Shown: positions 43,628-53,643 of the stretch, piece by piece
Numbering within the stretch: position 1 is the first letter of the stretch
Layout of the letters: the number at the start of each line of letters is the position of its first letter
Assembly: GCA_038232415.1 (NCBI GenBank)
Contig: JBBSHY010000002.1
Location: 3,719-67,718, forward strand
DNA from: Candidatus Saccharimonadales bacterium
Lineage (GTDB): Bacteria > Patescibacteriota > Saccharimonadia > Saccharimonadales > UBA4665
Direction of reading: 5' to 3'
DNA: 64,000 nucleotides
Program-made: the position numbers and the translations under genes
The notes under the pieces: model-generated
What the model saw: the letters and a program-made list of their open reading frames with translations, nothing else
Database searches by the model: none
What the model was told of the DNA's origin: nothing

Positions 43628-44497
43628 ATGAATATCGCTCTGGCTACTTCTCAGAATTTTCCGAACGGTTATCACGACACTGAGCAATTGCTTAATGAAT
43701 GTAAATCCAAAGACCACAACGCCTCATTACAAGTATGGGATTCATATTCGGTAGATTGGAGTTCATTTGATATTGTCTTTCTGCATACCCCGTGGGACTA
43801 TACTCAAAAATATCAGCAATTTTTGCAGTGGTGTGAAGTAGTCTCCAAACAATCCCACTTAATCAATCCTTACTCCGTAGTGCGGTGGAATACCAGCAAA
43901 ACTTATCTATTTGATTTACAAAAAGCCGGAATTACCATTCCTGCTACAAAACTTTATCCCAAAGAGTCTCTCAACTTTGATTATACATCTGACTTTCTAA
44001 CTGCAGTTAAATGCGGGGTAGTGGTTAAGCCAGTCATAGATGTGGGCGGTAAAAATGCCCATAGGTTTGACTCACTTGATGAAGCTCTCAATGCTGATGT
44101 TACAGAGGAGCTACATAAACGTTTTGATTTACTCGTACAAGCCTACGATCCACGGGTAAAAACAGAGGGCGAATACTCAGTGATATATATCGGGGGTAAA
44201 CCGAGTCATTGTATCCTCAAGAAACCTGCTGCCGGAGAGTTCCGCGTACAGGATATTCATGGCGGTAGTGTGGAATCGGTGGAGCTCACAGATACCATAG
44301 CTAGTTTTGGTCAATCTATACTAAGGTCTATTGCTGGAAAACCAGCGTATGCCCGCATTGATTTTATCGGAGCAGAAAACCCCTCGCTCATTGAGCTGGA
44401 ACTGATTGAGCCAGAACTATTCTTACGATTCTCGACTCATGCTTATAGGTTACTTGTTGACGCGCTAGTAAATCATTTGCGAACTAATACTAAGTAG
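43628..44497 (+). CDS. ATP-grasp domain protein (RimK/glutathione-synthetase-like)
   Basis: 289 aa. ...VVVKPVIDVGGKNA...EGEYSVIYIGGK...EFRVQDIHGG...ARIDFI...IELELIEPELF fits an ATP-grasp fold. Confidence 0.6.
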   Translation: MNIALATSQNFPNGYHDTEQLLNECKSKDHNASLQVWDSYSVDWSSFDIVFLHTPWDYTQKYQQFLQWCEVVSKQSHLINPYSVVRWNTSKTYLFDLQKAGITIPATKLYPKESLNFDYTSDFLTAVKCGVVVKPVIDVGGKNAHRFDSLDEALNADVTEELHKRFDLLVQAYDPRVKTEGEYSVIYIGGKPSHCILKKPAAGEFRVQDIHGGSVESVELTDTIASFGQSILRSIAGKPAYARIDFIGAENPSLIELELIEPELFLRFSTHAYRLLVDALVNHLRTNTK

Positions 44498-44526
44498 CCC
44501 CTTCGAAGATTCTCATCTATATCTCA

Positions 44527-44940
44527 CTATGGCCATCGAACCTCGGGGCTGTAGGCTTCCAGTATTTCGGCGTAGGGTGTTTTGTCGGTGCTGACCAGGA
44601 CTGATACTGAGACAACAGTGGAATACTTTTTATTGTCAGAGTCCTCGCTTATGATGTCAGGGAAAATATTACGATAGACAGCTTTAGTCTCGCGCATAAA
44701 TTTAACGCCATGGTCACGGAAGGCTTTGCCCATAGATTTGCCATCCAGAATTTCACGATGCACAGCGTCAAATTTATCTACGCCGGTCTTTATAAATGTA
44801 ACAAATGATAGTTCTAAAAGTTTGCCGCTTAGTTTAGACTTCGTGCAGATAATTCGTGTAGTATCTGACTGATAAAGTATTTTCAATTCTGTTGGTCCGA
44901 ATTGCTGTTCCAGAATGTCACTGGAAAGATTATTCGTCAT
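44527..44940 (-). CDS. hypothetical protein
   Basis: 137-aa ORF. Its ATG overlaps the stop of the upstream ExoD-like gene (ATGA). No family recognised. Confidence 0.45.
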   Translation of the reverse strand: MTNNLSSDILEQQFGPTELKILYQSDTTRIICTKSKLSGKLLELSFVTFIKTGVDKFDAVHREILDGKSMGKAFRDHGVKFMRETKAVYRNIFPDIISEDSDNKKYSTVVSVSVLVSTDKTPYAEILEAYSPEVRWP

Positions 44941-45560
44941 CAGAAGAAGTGCGTAAGGCCGCTATATAAAGCCGTGCCAGCAGCAACTTCCAGTCCGATG
45001 CCGATACTGCCCAGAATTAAGCCAATTATGATGAATAAGCTGTCTTCCAGAATAAGCCCTAACGAGATAACTACTACGCCTAGAGCCGGAAGCGTATCAA
45101 GGCCGGAAAAAGGCGGGGCTACAAAAGCCGCGACCGTAAAGATTAACACGACAACGCCGATGGTGGACAAGACAGGCGTGTGAGCCAGCAGGCTGCCGAG
45201 CCTGCGCCGTGATAAACGTTCAAACCACTTAATAATGCCTATCAGACGTGCGCCGCCTTTGCCCTTGCCAAATTTGCCAATGTCAACTTTCAGCCAACGA
45301 GTCGGTAACCAAATAGTTTTACGGCCGACAATCAGCTCCAAGCAAACTAACATAGCAATTAGTTCAGTTACGTGAGTAATGCCGCCAGTCGGTATAGGCA
45401 AAGCCGGCAGAGCCAGCATCAGTAAAAAGATAATCGCGAAGGACTTTTCGGCAAATACGTGGATCAAGCCTGCTAAAGAAGTATCTTTACCTGTCTTCAA
45501 CCAATTTTCTAATACTTTGCTAAAGGGCGCAGATGATTTAGAGCTAAGATGTTTAGTCAT
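44940..45560 (-). CDS. ExoD-family membrane protein (exopolysaccharide synthesis protein ExoD-like)
   Basis: ...EKSFAIIFLLMLALPALPIPTGGITHV...GRKTIWLPTRW... matches my recollection of Pfam ExoD. The likely start is ATG 45560; the track starts at 45656. Confidence 0.65.
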   Translation of the reverse strand: MTKHLSSKSSAPFSKVLENWLKTGKDTSLAGLIHVFAEKSFAIIFLLMLALPALPIPTGGITHVTELIAMLVCLELIVGRKTIWLPTRWLKVDIGKFGKGKGGARLIGIIKWFERLSRRRLGSLLAHTPVLSTIGVVVLIFTVAAFVAPPFSGLDTLPALGVVVISLGLILEDSLFIIIGLILGSIGIGLEVAAGTALYSGLTHFF

Positions 45561-45591
45561 GACGCCATTATAGCTGTTATAGTTGTAAACA

Positions 45592-45978
45592 ATGAAATTA
45601 GATCCTCCTGTAATAGTTAGTGGCATCGTGACCAAGTTTAAGGGTAATGGCCGCAAGTTGGGTTATCCGACAGCTAACCTAATTACTAAAACCGAGCTGA
45701 AAGATGGGGTTTACTTTGGTTTCGCCGGCCTGGCAGATTGGTCAAACCACCCAGCTATCATTTTCATTGGCGTACCAACGACTTTGGGTGATAACGAGCG
45801 CCGTGTAGAAGCTTACTTGTTGGATATCCCAGACAAAGATTATTACGGCCAGGAATTGAGCTTAAACATTCAATACTATCATCGTCCCAACCAGACTTTT
45901 GAGAATGTTGATGAACTTCTAAAAGTCATGCATGACGATGAAGCCCGTGCGCGGCAATGGTTCGCCTCTTTAAACTAA
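45592..45978 (+). CDS. monofunctional riboflavin kinase
   Basis: 128 aa. GIVTKFKGNGRKLGYPTANL...VEAYLLD...YYGQEL equals the RibF C-terminal kinase domain only. Confidence 0.8.
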   Translation: MKLDPPVIVSGIVTKFKGNGRKLGYPTANLITKTELKDGVYFGFAGLADWSNHPAIIFIGVPTTLGDNERRVEAYLLDIPDKDYYGQELSLNIQYYHRPNQTFENVDELLKVMHDDEARARQWFASLN

Positions 45979-46008
45979 GAGCTTAAATAATTTAAGCCAG
46001 GCACAACG

Positions 46009-46707
46009 TTACCGAATCCATCCTATAGCGATGATAGCTATAAAAGGTGCAAAAAAGGGTAGTCCAACCAAGAACATAATTAGATAGAAGCCTAACTCAC
46101 CTTCATCAAGGTGAAGTTTCTGCGTAATACGAGTTGCTAAATTCAGCGCGGCACCCAAATAATTAGTCTTTAGTACCACGTAATTCATTATGTATTGCAG
46201 CTCTATAGCTATTACCAGGATTACGTTTTTTAACGCGGAGCTATTATCATAAAAATCTAGTGCTGCTATAAACAGCGTCATTATTGAGAATAAAGTTGCA
46301 ACGGCACGTATTGTTAACTGGGTTACAGAAACTTCTTTAACAGACGATGTATTTCTAGGTAAAAAATAAGAGGCTGATCCAATTACGATAAGCCACAAGT
46401 GTATAGGCGGTATCACAACGCCGGGAGCAACTGATGGCTTAAAAATGGATAACATTTCGGCTATAACAATTAGAAACCAGCAGAACATCAAAACAGGCAA
46501 TGCCAGTATTTTAAAGATCAGCCAACTCTTACTGTGAAAAATACGATTGGCGGCTTGGACCAACTGCCACGTAAACATAATTGCCAAGACAATGCTAAGC
46601 GTTACGAAAGCTTCGTAGCCATTACTGCCATATATAAAGGCCAGGAGAATATTGGCTACAGCTACTATAGTGACAAAATAAATACTTTTTGACGTGTCAA
46701 GAAACAT
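46009..46707 (-). CDS. hypothetical polytopic membrane protein
   Basis: About 7 TM helices. The likely start is ATG 46707, which avoids overlap with ahcY. Confidence 0.5.
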   Translation of the reverse strand: MFLDTSKSIYFVTIVAVANILLAFIYGSNGYEAFVTLSIVLAIMFTWQLVQAANRIFHSKSWLIFKILALPVLMFCWFLIVIAEMLSIFKPSVAPGVVIPPIHLWLIVIGSASYFLPRNTSSVKEVSVTQLTIRAVATLFSIMTLFIAALDFYDNSSALKNVILVIAIELQYIMNYVVLKTNYLGAALNLATRITQKLHLDEGELGFYLIMFLVGLPFFAPFIAIIAIGWIR

Positions 46708-46729
46708 AGTTAGACTCTTCCTGTTAGTT

Positions 46730-48031
46730 CTAGTAGCGGTAGTGGTCGGCTTTGTATGGACCGTCAACCGGTAAATCCAGATAGGCCGCCTGTCCTTGAG
46801 TCAGTTTAGTGAGATGCCCGTTAAGGGCAGTGACATGCACGGCGGCTACCTTTTCATCAAGTTCTTTAGGTAAACGGTAAACACCGATTTCGTAAGGTTT
46901 GGTGTAAAGCTCGATCTGACCCAATACCTGGTTAGAAAAAGAATTGGACATTACAAATGATGGGTGCCCTGTGGCATTACCCAGATTAACCAGCCGGCCT
47001 TCCGACAGCACAATTAGCCGCTGACCGCCCGGCATTATGTACAAGTCTACCAGCGGTTTAATAGTTTCTTTTTTGATACCTTTTAGCTTATTAAGCTGTT
47101 GGATCTGGATCTCGTGGTCAAAGTGGCCGATATTGCAGACGATGGCTGTGTCTTTCATAGCTTTCATATGTTTTAGGGTAATAATGTCTTTACAGCCCGT
47201 GGCAGTTACAAAGATGTCGGCGACAGGAGCGGCTTCATCCATGGTAACGACTTCATAACCCTCCATTAAGGCTTGCAAGGCGCAAATAGGGTCTATCTCT
47301 GTAATCAGCACCCGGCAACCAAAAGCTCTCAAAGACTGAGCGCTGCCTTTACCGACGTCGCCGTAACCGGCCACCACGGCGACTTTGCCGGCTACCATTA
47401 CATCTGTGGCGCGTTTAATGCCATCCATCAGCGATTCACGGCAACCATACAGGTTATCGAACTTGGATTTGGTAACGCTGTCGTTGATATTGATCGCCGG
47501 GATTTTAAGCCTTCCTTCCTTTAAGTACTGGTGTAGTTGCATAACACCAGTGGTTGTCTCTTCGGAGACACCTTTGATTTCGCTTAGCAATTCCGGATGC
47601 TTGTCATGCACTAAACCGGTCAGGTCGCCGCCGTCATCCAGCAGCATATTAGGGCCTGTGCCATCAGGGAAAAGCAGAGTTTGCTCCACGCACCACCAAT
47701 ACTCTTTTTCGCTTTCACCTTTCCAGGCGAATACCGGCGTGCCGGCTTTGGCTATGGCCGCAGCAGCATGATCCTGTGTAGAAAATATATTACAAGAAGA
47801 CCAGCGGACGTCGGCACCCAGATCTTGCAAGGTCTCAATCAGCACGGCAGTTTGGATGGTCATGTGGATTGAACCGGCGATACGCGCTCCCGCTAAAGGT
47901 TTTGTTTTACCGTATTCCTGACGCAAAGCCATCAGTCCCGGCATTTCTTTCTCGGCCAGAGTTATCTCTGCCCTGCCAAAGTCGGCCAGCTTAATATCTT
48001 TAACTTTATAATCCTTATTATCTTTAGACAT
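46730..48031 (-). CDS. ahcY: adenosylhomocysteinase
   Basis: 433 aa. ...[23 protein letters not shown]... and the NAD site [10 protein letters not shown]; full-length conservation. Confidence 0.95.
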   Translation of the reverse strand: MSKDNKDYKVKDIKLADFGRAEITLAEKEMPGLMALRQEYGKTKPLAGARIAGSIHMTIQTAVLIETLQDLGADVRWSSCNIFSTQDHAAAAIAKAGTPVFAWKGESEKEYWWCVEQTLLFPDGTGPNMLLDDGGDLTGLVHDKHPELLSEIKGVSEETTTGVMQLHQYLKEGRLKIPAININDSVTKSKFDNLYGCRESLMDGIKRATDVMVAGKVAVVAGYGDVGKGSAQSLRAFGCRVLITEIDPICALQALMEGYEVVTMDEAAPVADIFVTATGCKDIITLKHMKAMKDTAIVCNIGHFDHEIQIQQLNKLKGIKKETIKPLVDLYIMPGGQRLIVLSEGRLVNLGNATGHPSFVMSNSFSNQVLGQIELYTKPYEIGVYRLPKELDEKVAAVHVTALNGHLTKLTQGQAAYLDLPVDGPYKADHYRY

Positions 48032-48033
48032 GT

Positions 48034-48990
48034 TTACAACTCTATTTCTTCATTAAAATTTTCTTGATAACGGCTTAGTATCTCCTGCCTGGATAACACG
48101 TGCTGCGTACCATGCTGCTCAATAATTAATGAGGCCATCGCCGCGCCCAATTGCCCGCAAATGAGCAAGTCCCATTGTCGCAAGTATCCATATAAAAAGC
48201 CAGCGCGGTAAGCGTCGCCCGCACCGGTTGGATCAATTACTTGCTTAGGTTTGGCAATACCCACATTTATTGGCGAGTCTACTTTTTTACCCTCAATAAT
48301 CGAGCCATCTTTGCCAAGAGTGGTGATGAGCAGCGACACCTGAGTTGGTAACTCGGTTTGAGAAATGCTAACTCTATCACACAGCACGCTGCGTTCATAA
48401 TCATTTAATAGAACAATCTCGGCTGCGGCCACGCCTGCTTGTAAATCAGTTGAATCGCTGGAAACCTGTTGCCCGGGGTCATAGACCAATCTTAGTTTGT
48501 AAAGTTGACATTCTTTAACCTGACGGTTCATAGCAGCCGGGTCATGAGCCGAAATCATCACCACGGCGTTTTTACCTTGCCACGGTTTAAAACTTAAAGA
48601 CATGCTGTCAGCCATAGCTCCCGGATAAAAACCGCCGACCTGGCTGTCCTCGCTATCTGTAATAACGTTAAAAGAAGCGGTAGGCAACTGGCTGAAGTAA
48701 ATGTACGATGTATCAACCCCAAGCTCAGCTAAACTACTGATATAATTTTGGGCATCTGCTCCGACTGAACCCAATAGAACCGGCTGCTCTCCCAGCAGCG
48801 CCAGGTTACTGGTAATGTTAGCACCTATGCCGCCCCTTGTATCTTCAAGCTTGTCAAGGAGTGTACTGAGCGAAAGAACATGAAGCTTATCAGGTTTGAT
48901 CAAGTCTCTATATCGTCCCGAAAAGTTCATAATACGGTCGATAGCTATAGAACCACAGACAATAATTTTAGGAAGTTCAGGTTTAGGCAT
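48034..48990 (-). CDS. PfkB-family sugar/nucleoside kinase (adenosine kinase-like)
   Basis: 318 aa with the C-terminal [13 protein letters not shown] motif. Adjacent to ahcY. Confidence 0.85.
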   Translation of the reverse strand: MPKPELPKIIVCGSIAIDRIMNFSGRYRDLIKPDKLHVLSLSTLLDKLEDTRGGIGANITSNLALLGEQPVLLGSVGADAQNYISSLAELGVDTSYIYFSQLPTASFNVITDSEDSQVGGFYPGAMADSMSLSFKPWQGKNAVVMISAHDPAAMNRQVKECQLYKLRLVYDPGQQVSSDSTDLQAGVAAAEIVLLNDYERSVLCDRVSISQTELPTQVSLLITTLGKDGSIIEGKKVDSPINVGIAKPKQVIDPTGAGDAYRAGFLYGYLRQWDLLICGQLGAAMASLIIEQHGTQHVLSRQEILSRYQENFNEEIEL

Positions 48991-49036
48991 GCTGCTCCAG
49001 TATATTTGTCTAGTATGAACAGAGTCAAGACGACAT

Positions 49037-49150
49037 TTAAGGCAAGTGCTGGCCGCCTGTTACACCTAGGACTTCAGCAGTCACAAAGCTAGATTCCTGA
49101 GAGGCGAAGAATACATAAGCCGGCGCTACCTCAGCCGGAATCAGCACCGG
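49037..49150 (-). pseudogene. 3' remnant of a short-chain dehydrogenase/reductase gene
   Basis: 37 codons, [37 protein letters not shown], match the conserved SDR C-terminus (..FLAS.ESS[FY][IV]TG..L.V.GG). Two stop codons lie immediately upstream. Confidence 0.55.
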
Positions 49151-49360
49151 TTACTAAAGCTTTCCTTCTGTAAAATTTTTCATTTTTTGATGTCAGAGTT
49201 CTTAAAAGGCTTGCCCGTGTGATCTACCAAAAAGAGTAACTACCTAAAGTAGAGTCTTTTTCGGTTTTAGAATCTACTTGCGTACACTACTTTTTACATT
49301 AAAGCCAGTATCTATTAATACAAGTTGACTTAGTTACACTTTAGTTGTATCATTTTAGAT

Positions 49361-50020
49361 ATGAATGATTCCGTGGAGCCAGGACAGACGACTATCTTTG
49401 ATCAAACTGCTCCCGTAAAGCCTATGCAACCGCAGGGCGAAGATCCGGCCCTTCCAGATAGATCGGCTAAACCAATTTTATATTCCCGGTTAGACTCATC
49501 GCCGTGGACACGACCTTTGGATCGTATCCGTCGGCCGGCGCCAAGCCAAGATGATGGCTCGGACTTGAGCGACTTGATTAAAGACCTCAATTTTGGCCTA
49601 GATGACATAACGGCTGATGAGGATAAGCAGGAGCAAGCTCAAGCTACTAAGCCAGTGCCGGATGAGCCACCCATGGCTTCAGTGGCAGAGGTCCCCTCAC
49701 CTATAAAAGTACAAAAATTAACTCGCTCCCAGCCAGTTGCTATGGCGGAAGCTACAACGAACGTACCTAAAAGCCGTCGCTTGTCTATCTTTAATATCTT
49801 TTTACTCATGGTGGTCGTGGGTGCCAGCATGGGAGCGGGGTACATGTTATCAAGCTATCCACCTCCGACCCATTCCGCTGCTCCGTCGGTGGTTAATTAT
49901 CAAACGGAGGCTGAATGGCAAAAAGCCCAAGCCCAATGGGAGTGTACGCTGAGGCAGTATCAGGCTAAGCAACAGCCAGCCAGTAATAATAAATCGAAGG
50001 AGATAACATGCGCAAATTAA
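49361..50020 (+). CDS. hypothetical Pro-rich protein with one TM helix
   Basis: 219 aa. Disordered P/D/E-rich N-half, then a TM helix (IFNIFLLMVVVGASMGAGYML) and a short C-terminal ectodomain with EAEWQKAQAQWE. Confidence 0.5.
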   Translation: MNDSVEPGQTTIFDQTAPVKPMQPQGEDPALPDRSAKPILYSRLDSSPWTRPLDRIRRPAPSQDDGSDLSDLIKDLNFGLDDITADEDKQEQAQATKPVPDEPPMASVAEVPSPIKVQKLTRSQPVAMAEATTNVPKSRRLSIFNIFLLMVVVGASMGAGYMLSSYPPPTHSAAPSVVNYQTEAEWQKAQAQWECTLRQYQAKQQPASNNKSKEITCAN

Positions 50021-50355
50021 CAATATTCATTACGACCGGTCTAATTGTTCTTGGCTTTGCCGTGGCAGTGGACTCGTACCATACTCGGGCAGTGGCAACG
50101 CCAACGACAACCCTACAGGACCGTCAGAAGCAATTATCTGATTGGCAAGCTAATCTCAAACGGTGGGAGGCCCAAACCCCGAAAGACACTAAATCCAAGG
50201 CTGCAACCACTCAGACCGATAGTCAAGGGCAAGGTGCGGACGTACTGCCGAATACCGGCCCTGGCCAAACTATCAGCTTGTTCGTGGGTACCACGATACT
50301 TGGCGGGCTAAGCCACTTCCTAATCAGCCGCCGCAGCCGTCACCAACGCATTTAA
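50008..50355 (+). CDS. small LPXTG cell-wall-anchored protein
   Basis: Signal/anchor MRKLTIFITTGLIVLGFAVA. C-terminal LPNTG plus a hydrophobic stretch plus RRSRHQRI is a sortase sorting signal. Confidence 0.7.
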   Translation: MRKLTIFITTGLIVLGFAVAVDSYHTRAVATPTTTLQDRQKQLSDWQANLKRWEAQTPKDTKSKAATTQTDSQGQGADVLPNTGPGQTISLFVGTTILGGLSHFLISRRSRHQRI

Positions 50356-50453
50356 GAGATAAGGATCATGACAGTAAGCATAACAATTATATAATACAAC
50401 TTTATTTACATTCAGAATATATTGTGATAAGGTAGAATTATAAAGGAGTTATC

Positions 50454-50792
50454 ATGATTCAATATAAGATCGATACCAAGCCAGTTAACGCGGCCAATAC
50501 CCACATCAAAGATATGTCCGGTGTGCTAAAAGAAATCGCCACAACCTATAAATTGCTATTGGAAGCTACTGAGGAACAGAAGGCGGCTCTCAGTTCGCCC
50601 AGTATTGACGCATTCCGCCGCGAACTCCAACAGTTACTGGGTCAGGGCGTCAGTATGGCTCAAGTTATATCAGATTATTCAGAAAAATTAGTGGTTGTCA
50701 GCGAACAAGCCAGTAAGCATCTGACTGCTTTTGAAGAGCATTTTAGTACCGCTTTGCAAAAACATACGCAAAACAATAATCGCTTAAAGTAA
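50454..50792 (+). CDS. hypothetical helical protein
   Basis: 112 aa, predicted helix-turn-helix hairpin. There is no WXG motif, so an ESAT-6-like assignment is not supported. Confidence 0.45.
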   Translation: MIQYKIDTKPVNAANTHIKDMSGVLKEIATTYKLLLEATEEQKAALSSPSIDAFRRELQQLLGQGVSMAQVISDYSEKLVVVSEQASKHLTAFEEHFSTALQKHTQNNNRLK

Positions 50793-50833
50793 ACAATTTA
50801 GAAGTACGTCAACTGCGCGATATCGATAGCTGG

Positions 50834-51217
50834 TTATTTTGAAGTTTTTCGCCGCCGGTTTTTAGCAAGTATCTTCTCTTTATCTTTCTCGAGGTCTTTT
50901 TCGCTCTCATTTTCGGCATCCAGTAGCTCTTCGCGGTAAACGCCAAGTTTTTCCATGATGGTATCCAATTTGATATTCAGAGCAAGAGTGTCGCGGTTTT
51001 GGGTGTTTTGGATAATAAATACCATCAAAAAAGTAACAATGGTAGTACCGGTATTAATAACTAACTGCCAGGTGTCGGAAAAATTAAGTAAAGGTCCCGT
51101 GCACGCCCAAATAACTAGTATTAACAGGGTTATAATGAAGACCCAGGCTTTACCCAGTACGGTTGAGGTGTTAGAGGTAAATCTCGAAAAAACATCTGGT
51201 CTCTTATCTCGTTTCAT
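50834..51217 (-). CDS. low-affinity iron permease family protein (PF04120-like)
   Basis: 127 aa. FSRFTSNTSTVLGKAW...WQLVINTGTTIVTFLMVFIIQNTQNRD fits the family as I recall it. Confidence 0.65.
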   Translation of the reverse strand: MKRDKRPDVFSRFTSNTSTVLGKAWVFIITLLILVIWACTGPLLNFSDTWQLVINTGTTIVTFLMVFIIQNTQNRDTLALNIKLDTIMEKLGVYREELLDAENESEKDLEKDKEKILAKNRRRKTSK

Positions 51218-51340
51218 ATATCACTCCTTGGCTTATAGTTACTTTTAAATAATTATTCACTTTTAAAAATTTATTACAACCATAAGCATTACCGGTTATA
51301 TAAAATTGTCTAAGATTACAAAAACGTATAGTAGCTACTG

Positions 51341-52765
51341 CTAGAACCGATTCCATAAGTGTTGGTTGGTAATTTCGTGGTGGTAGATTATCTCAGCTTC
51401 TTTGATAGCGTTACCGAGCTCCGAGGGACTGCGGTTGCTTGCTGTCACTTTGTAAGACAGATATTTTTGCTTGCTGGATTCACCAAGAATGCGGCCGATA
51501 TAATCGCTGCCTTTGAAAATACGGATGGCATCGTTGATAGTACCTGGCAGGAAGCGCAGGCGGGGTCGTTTATTGTTGTCGGCTGCCGGTGCCGTGTCTT
51601 CAAGGCCGGTCTTTAAAATAGCCAGCAATGCCAGGTACGGATTAGTGTCCGGCGCAACCGAACGGATTTCGACGCGCGCTGTACGTTCATTAGCAAATGG
51701 AATGCGGATCATGGAGCCCCGGTCGTTGGCTGAAACTTTGATCTGGTTGGGAGCTTCAAAGTTCGGATCCAGCCGGCGATAGGCATTAACGCTCGAGTTG
51801 AACAGCAAACAGAGTTCCGGAGCGCGGTTGAGAATTCTGTCTACGAAGTCCCAGCCTATTTTGGACAAGCCGTCTTTGCCCTGACGGTCATAAAAGAGGT
51901 TTTTACCATTTTTACCTAAGGAAAAGTTGGTATGCATGCCGTTGCCATTGATGCCCTGAATGGGTTTGGGCAAAAACGTGGCCGTCATACCCATCTTCAT
52001 AGCAATCTGCTGACATAGGAGTTTGTAAAGCTGGACTTGGTCGCAGGCCCGCACAACGTCTGTGTACGAGAAATTAATCTCGAACTGCGAGGGTGCCACT
52101 TCGGGATGATCTTTTTCGCTCTTGAATCCCATAGCGCGCAACGCTTCGGCAGTAGTATCTATGAAGCGACGCAGGCTATCAAGTGGTAGCGTGTGAAAAT
52201 AGCCGCCGGTTGATACGAGCTTAAAGCCGACATTGCTGTCGTAATTCTGCTCCGCGTCCACATCTTTTAACAGGAATCCTTCAATCTCGGGCGCCATATA
52301 GGCTGTAAGGTCATCTTTGGCTTTCATGGCCTGGGTATATTTTTGCAACTGGGCCCTGAAGTCTGACGCGAAAGGCGACATATCGCGGTTGCAGACATTG
52401 GCAAAAAGAATGACTTTGCCGGGGCCGGAAATATCTGACGGTAAAAACGTCATACTCGTCCAGTCGATCTGCAAACGTAAGTCTGACTCATGGAGCTCGC
52501 TCAGCCCTTTTATGGATGAGCCGTCAAAAGACAAATTATCAAGTGAGCTTAAGAAAAATTTCTTGTCGTAGTCGAGCATATGCAGCCGGCCTTCTATATC
52601 GGAGAAGCAAACGGTAACTGCTTTGATGCGCTTCTCGCCCGTTAGGTATTTACAATGCTCCTTTTCGGCCAGCTTTGGATCAGTCAATTGGCGGGCTTTT
52701 AAGTTCATCTCCTCAAGTATGTCGTAGGGAAGCTCTAAAAAGTTTTTAAGAGAGGTGTTGTCCAT
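51341..52765 (-). CDS. glnA: glutamine synthetase
   Basis: 474 aa. ...TFLPKPIQGINGNGMHTNFSL... and conserved C-terminal catalytic domain motifs. Confidence 0.9.
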   Translation of the reverse strand: MDNTSLKNFLELPYDILEEMNLKARQLTDPKLAEKEHCKYLTGEKRIKAVTVCFSDIEGRLHMLDYDKKFFLSSLDNLSFDGSSIKGLSELHESDLRLQIDWTSMTFLPSDISGPGKVILFANVCNRDMSPFASDFRAQLQKYTQAMKAKDDLTAYMAPEIEGFLLKDVDAEQNYDSNVGFKLVSTGGYFHTLPLDSLRRFIDTTAEALRAMGFKSEKDHPEVAPSQFEINFSYTDVVRACDQVQLYKLLCQQIAMKMGMTATFLPKPIQGINGNGMHTNFSLGKNGKNLFYDRQGKDGLSKIGWDFVDRILNRAPELCLLFNSSVNAYRRLDPNFEAPNQIKVSANDRGSMIRIPFANERTARVEIRSVAPDTNPYLALLAILKTGLEDTAPAADNNKRPRLRFLPGTINDAIRIFKGSDYIGRILGESSKQKYLSYKVTASNRSPSELGNAIKEAEIIYHHEITNQHLWNRF

Positions 52766-52945
52766 ATAATAGGTGCTCCTTAATTATCTTATTGCTTTCG
52801 CTTCAAATGGTGCGGTTTCCAGCTTATCGACGTCGTCCGTGAATATAATAATCCCATTACGCTATCATAGTAAAACAACAATATAAGAAGTGCAACAAAT
52901 ATATTAAGTGTTAAGATAATTAGACTTATTATTAAAAAATTACAT

Positions 52946-53515
52946 CTAAAGTTTGGATACGTAAGGATTGTTAGTTATGTAAAATCGCCAGGGCACATCT
53001 TTTGCTTGGCTAATACCGACGCGGGTTGTTTGTATAATCCGCTCAGCAGGCAGTTTTCTTTGCTTAATAAGCTGTAGAGGCTGGCGATGAAGGTCGTGTC
53101 CATTTAATGCTCGATCTATAACCAAAGCTTGGCACAGTTTAGCTGGACCATTTGTCAGTTCTAGGCCGTTACGTCGATTGCGTTGAAGTGTCATATAGTC
53201 TTCGCCTTCAAGCGGCTCTACAGCCCTAATTAATACTGCTGCTCCATGTCTAGCCGGTCCTACTACAACGTTGCAGCAGTAGTGCATGCCGTAGGTAAAG
53301 TACACATATAAATAACCGGCCTTACCAAACATTACTTTCGTTCGCTGAGTCTGCCCATTATAGCTGTGACTGGCGACATCTGTCTGATCATAGGCCTCAG
53401 TTTCAACTATACGGGCGCGAAGAGTCCTGCCTTCAACCGTACGCTCTAATATGCAGCCTAAAAGCGTAGGTGCTACATCGCTTGCTGAGCCGTTCAGGAA
53501 AGTTAGTGAGTTCAT
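52946..53515 (-). CDS. DNA-3-methyladenine glycosylase (MPG/AAG family)
   Basis: 189 aa. RIVETEAYDQTDVASHSYNGQTQRTKVMFGKAGYLYVYFTYGMHYCCNVV. Confidence 0.9.
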   Translation of the reverse strand: MNSLTFLNGSASDVAPTLLGCILERTVEGRTLRARIVETEAYDQTDVASHSYNGQTQRTKVMFGKAGYLYVYFTYGMHYCCNVVVGPARHGAAVLIRAVEPLEGEDYMTLQRNRRNGLELTNGPAKLCQALVIDRALNGHDLHRQPLQLIKQRKLPAERIIQTTRVGISQAKDVPWRFYITNNPYVSKL

Positions 53516-53643
53516 ATATAGCCAACGGTACCTCCTTGTATAACATCTTAACAGAGACGGCAGTATTGACTGGTTTGACCCAAGGCACGAGAGAGGCTTA
53601 TAATTTAGGTAAGTTACAGGCGCAATTCTGTTAGGAGTATGGC

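Noticed and set aside
50454-50792. A WXG100/ESAT-6-like type VII secretion substrate.
   Set aside because: There is no WXG motif and no EssC/FtsK-type ATPase or other T7SS genes in the window. Only the size and helical character fit.
52766-52945. Possible glutamine (glnA-motif) riboswitch upstream of glnA.
   Set aside because: I could not find the conserved ACGGAAGUAGG and GAAGGAACG elements. Only vague similarity (UUCACGGACGACG...GGAAACC) is present.
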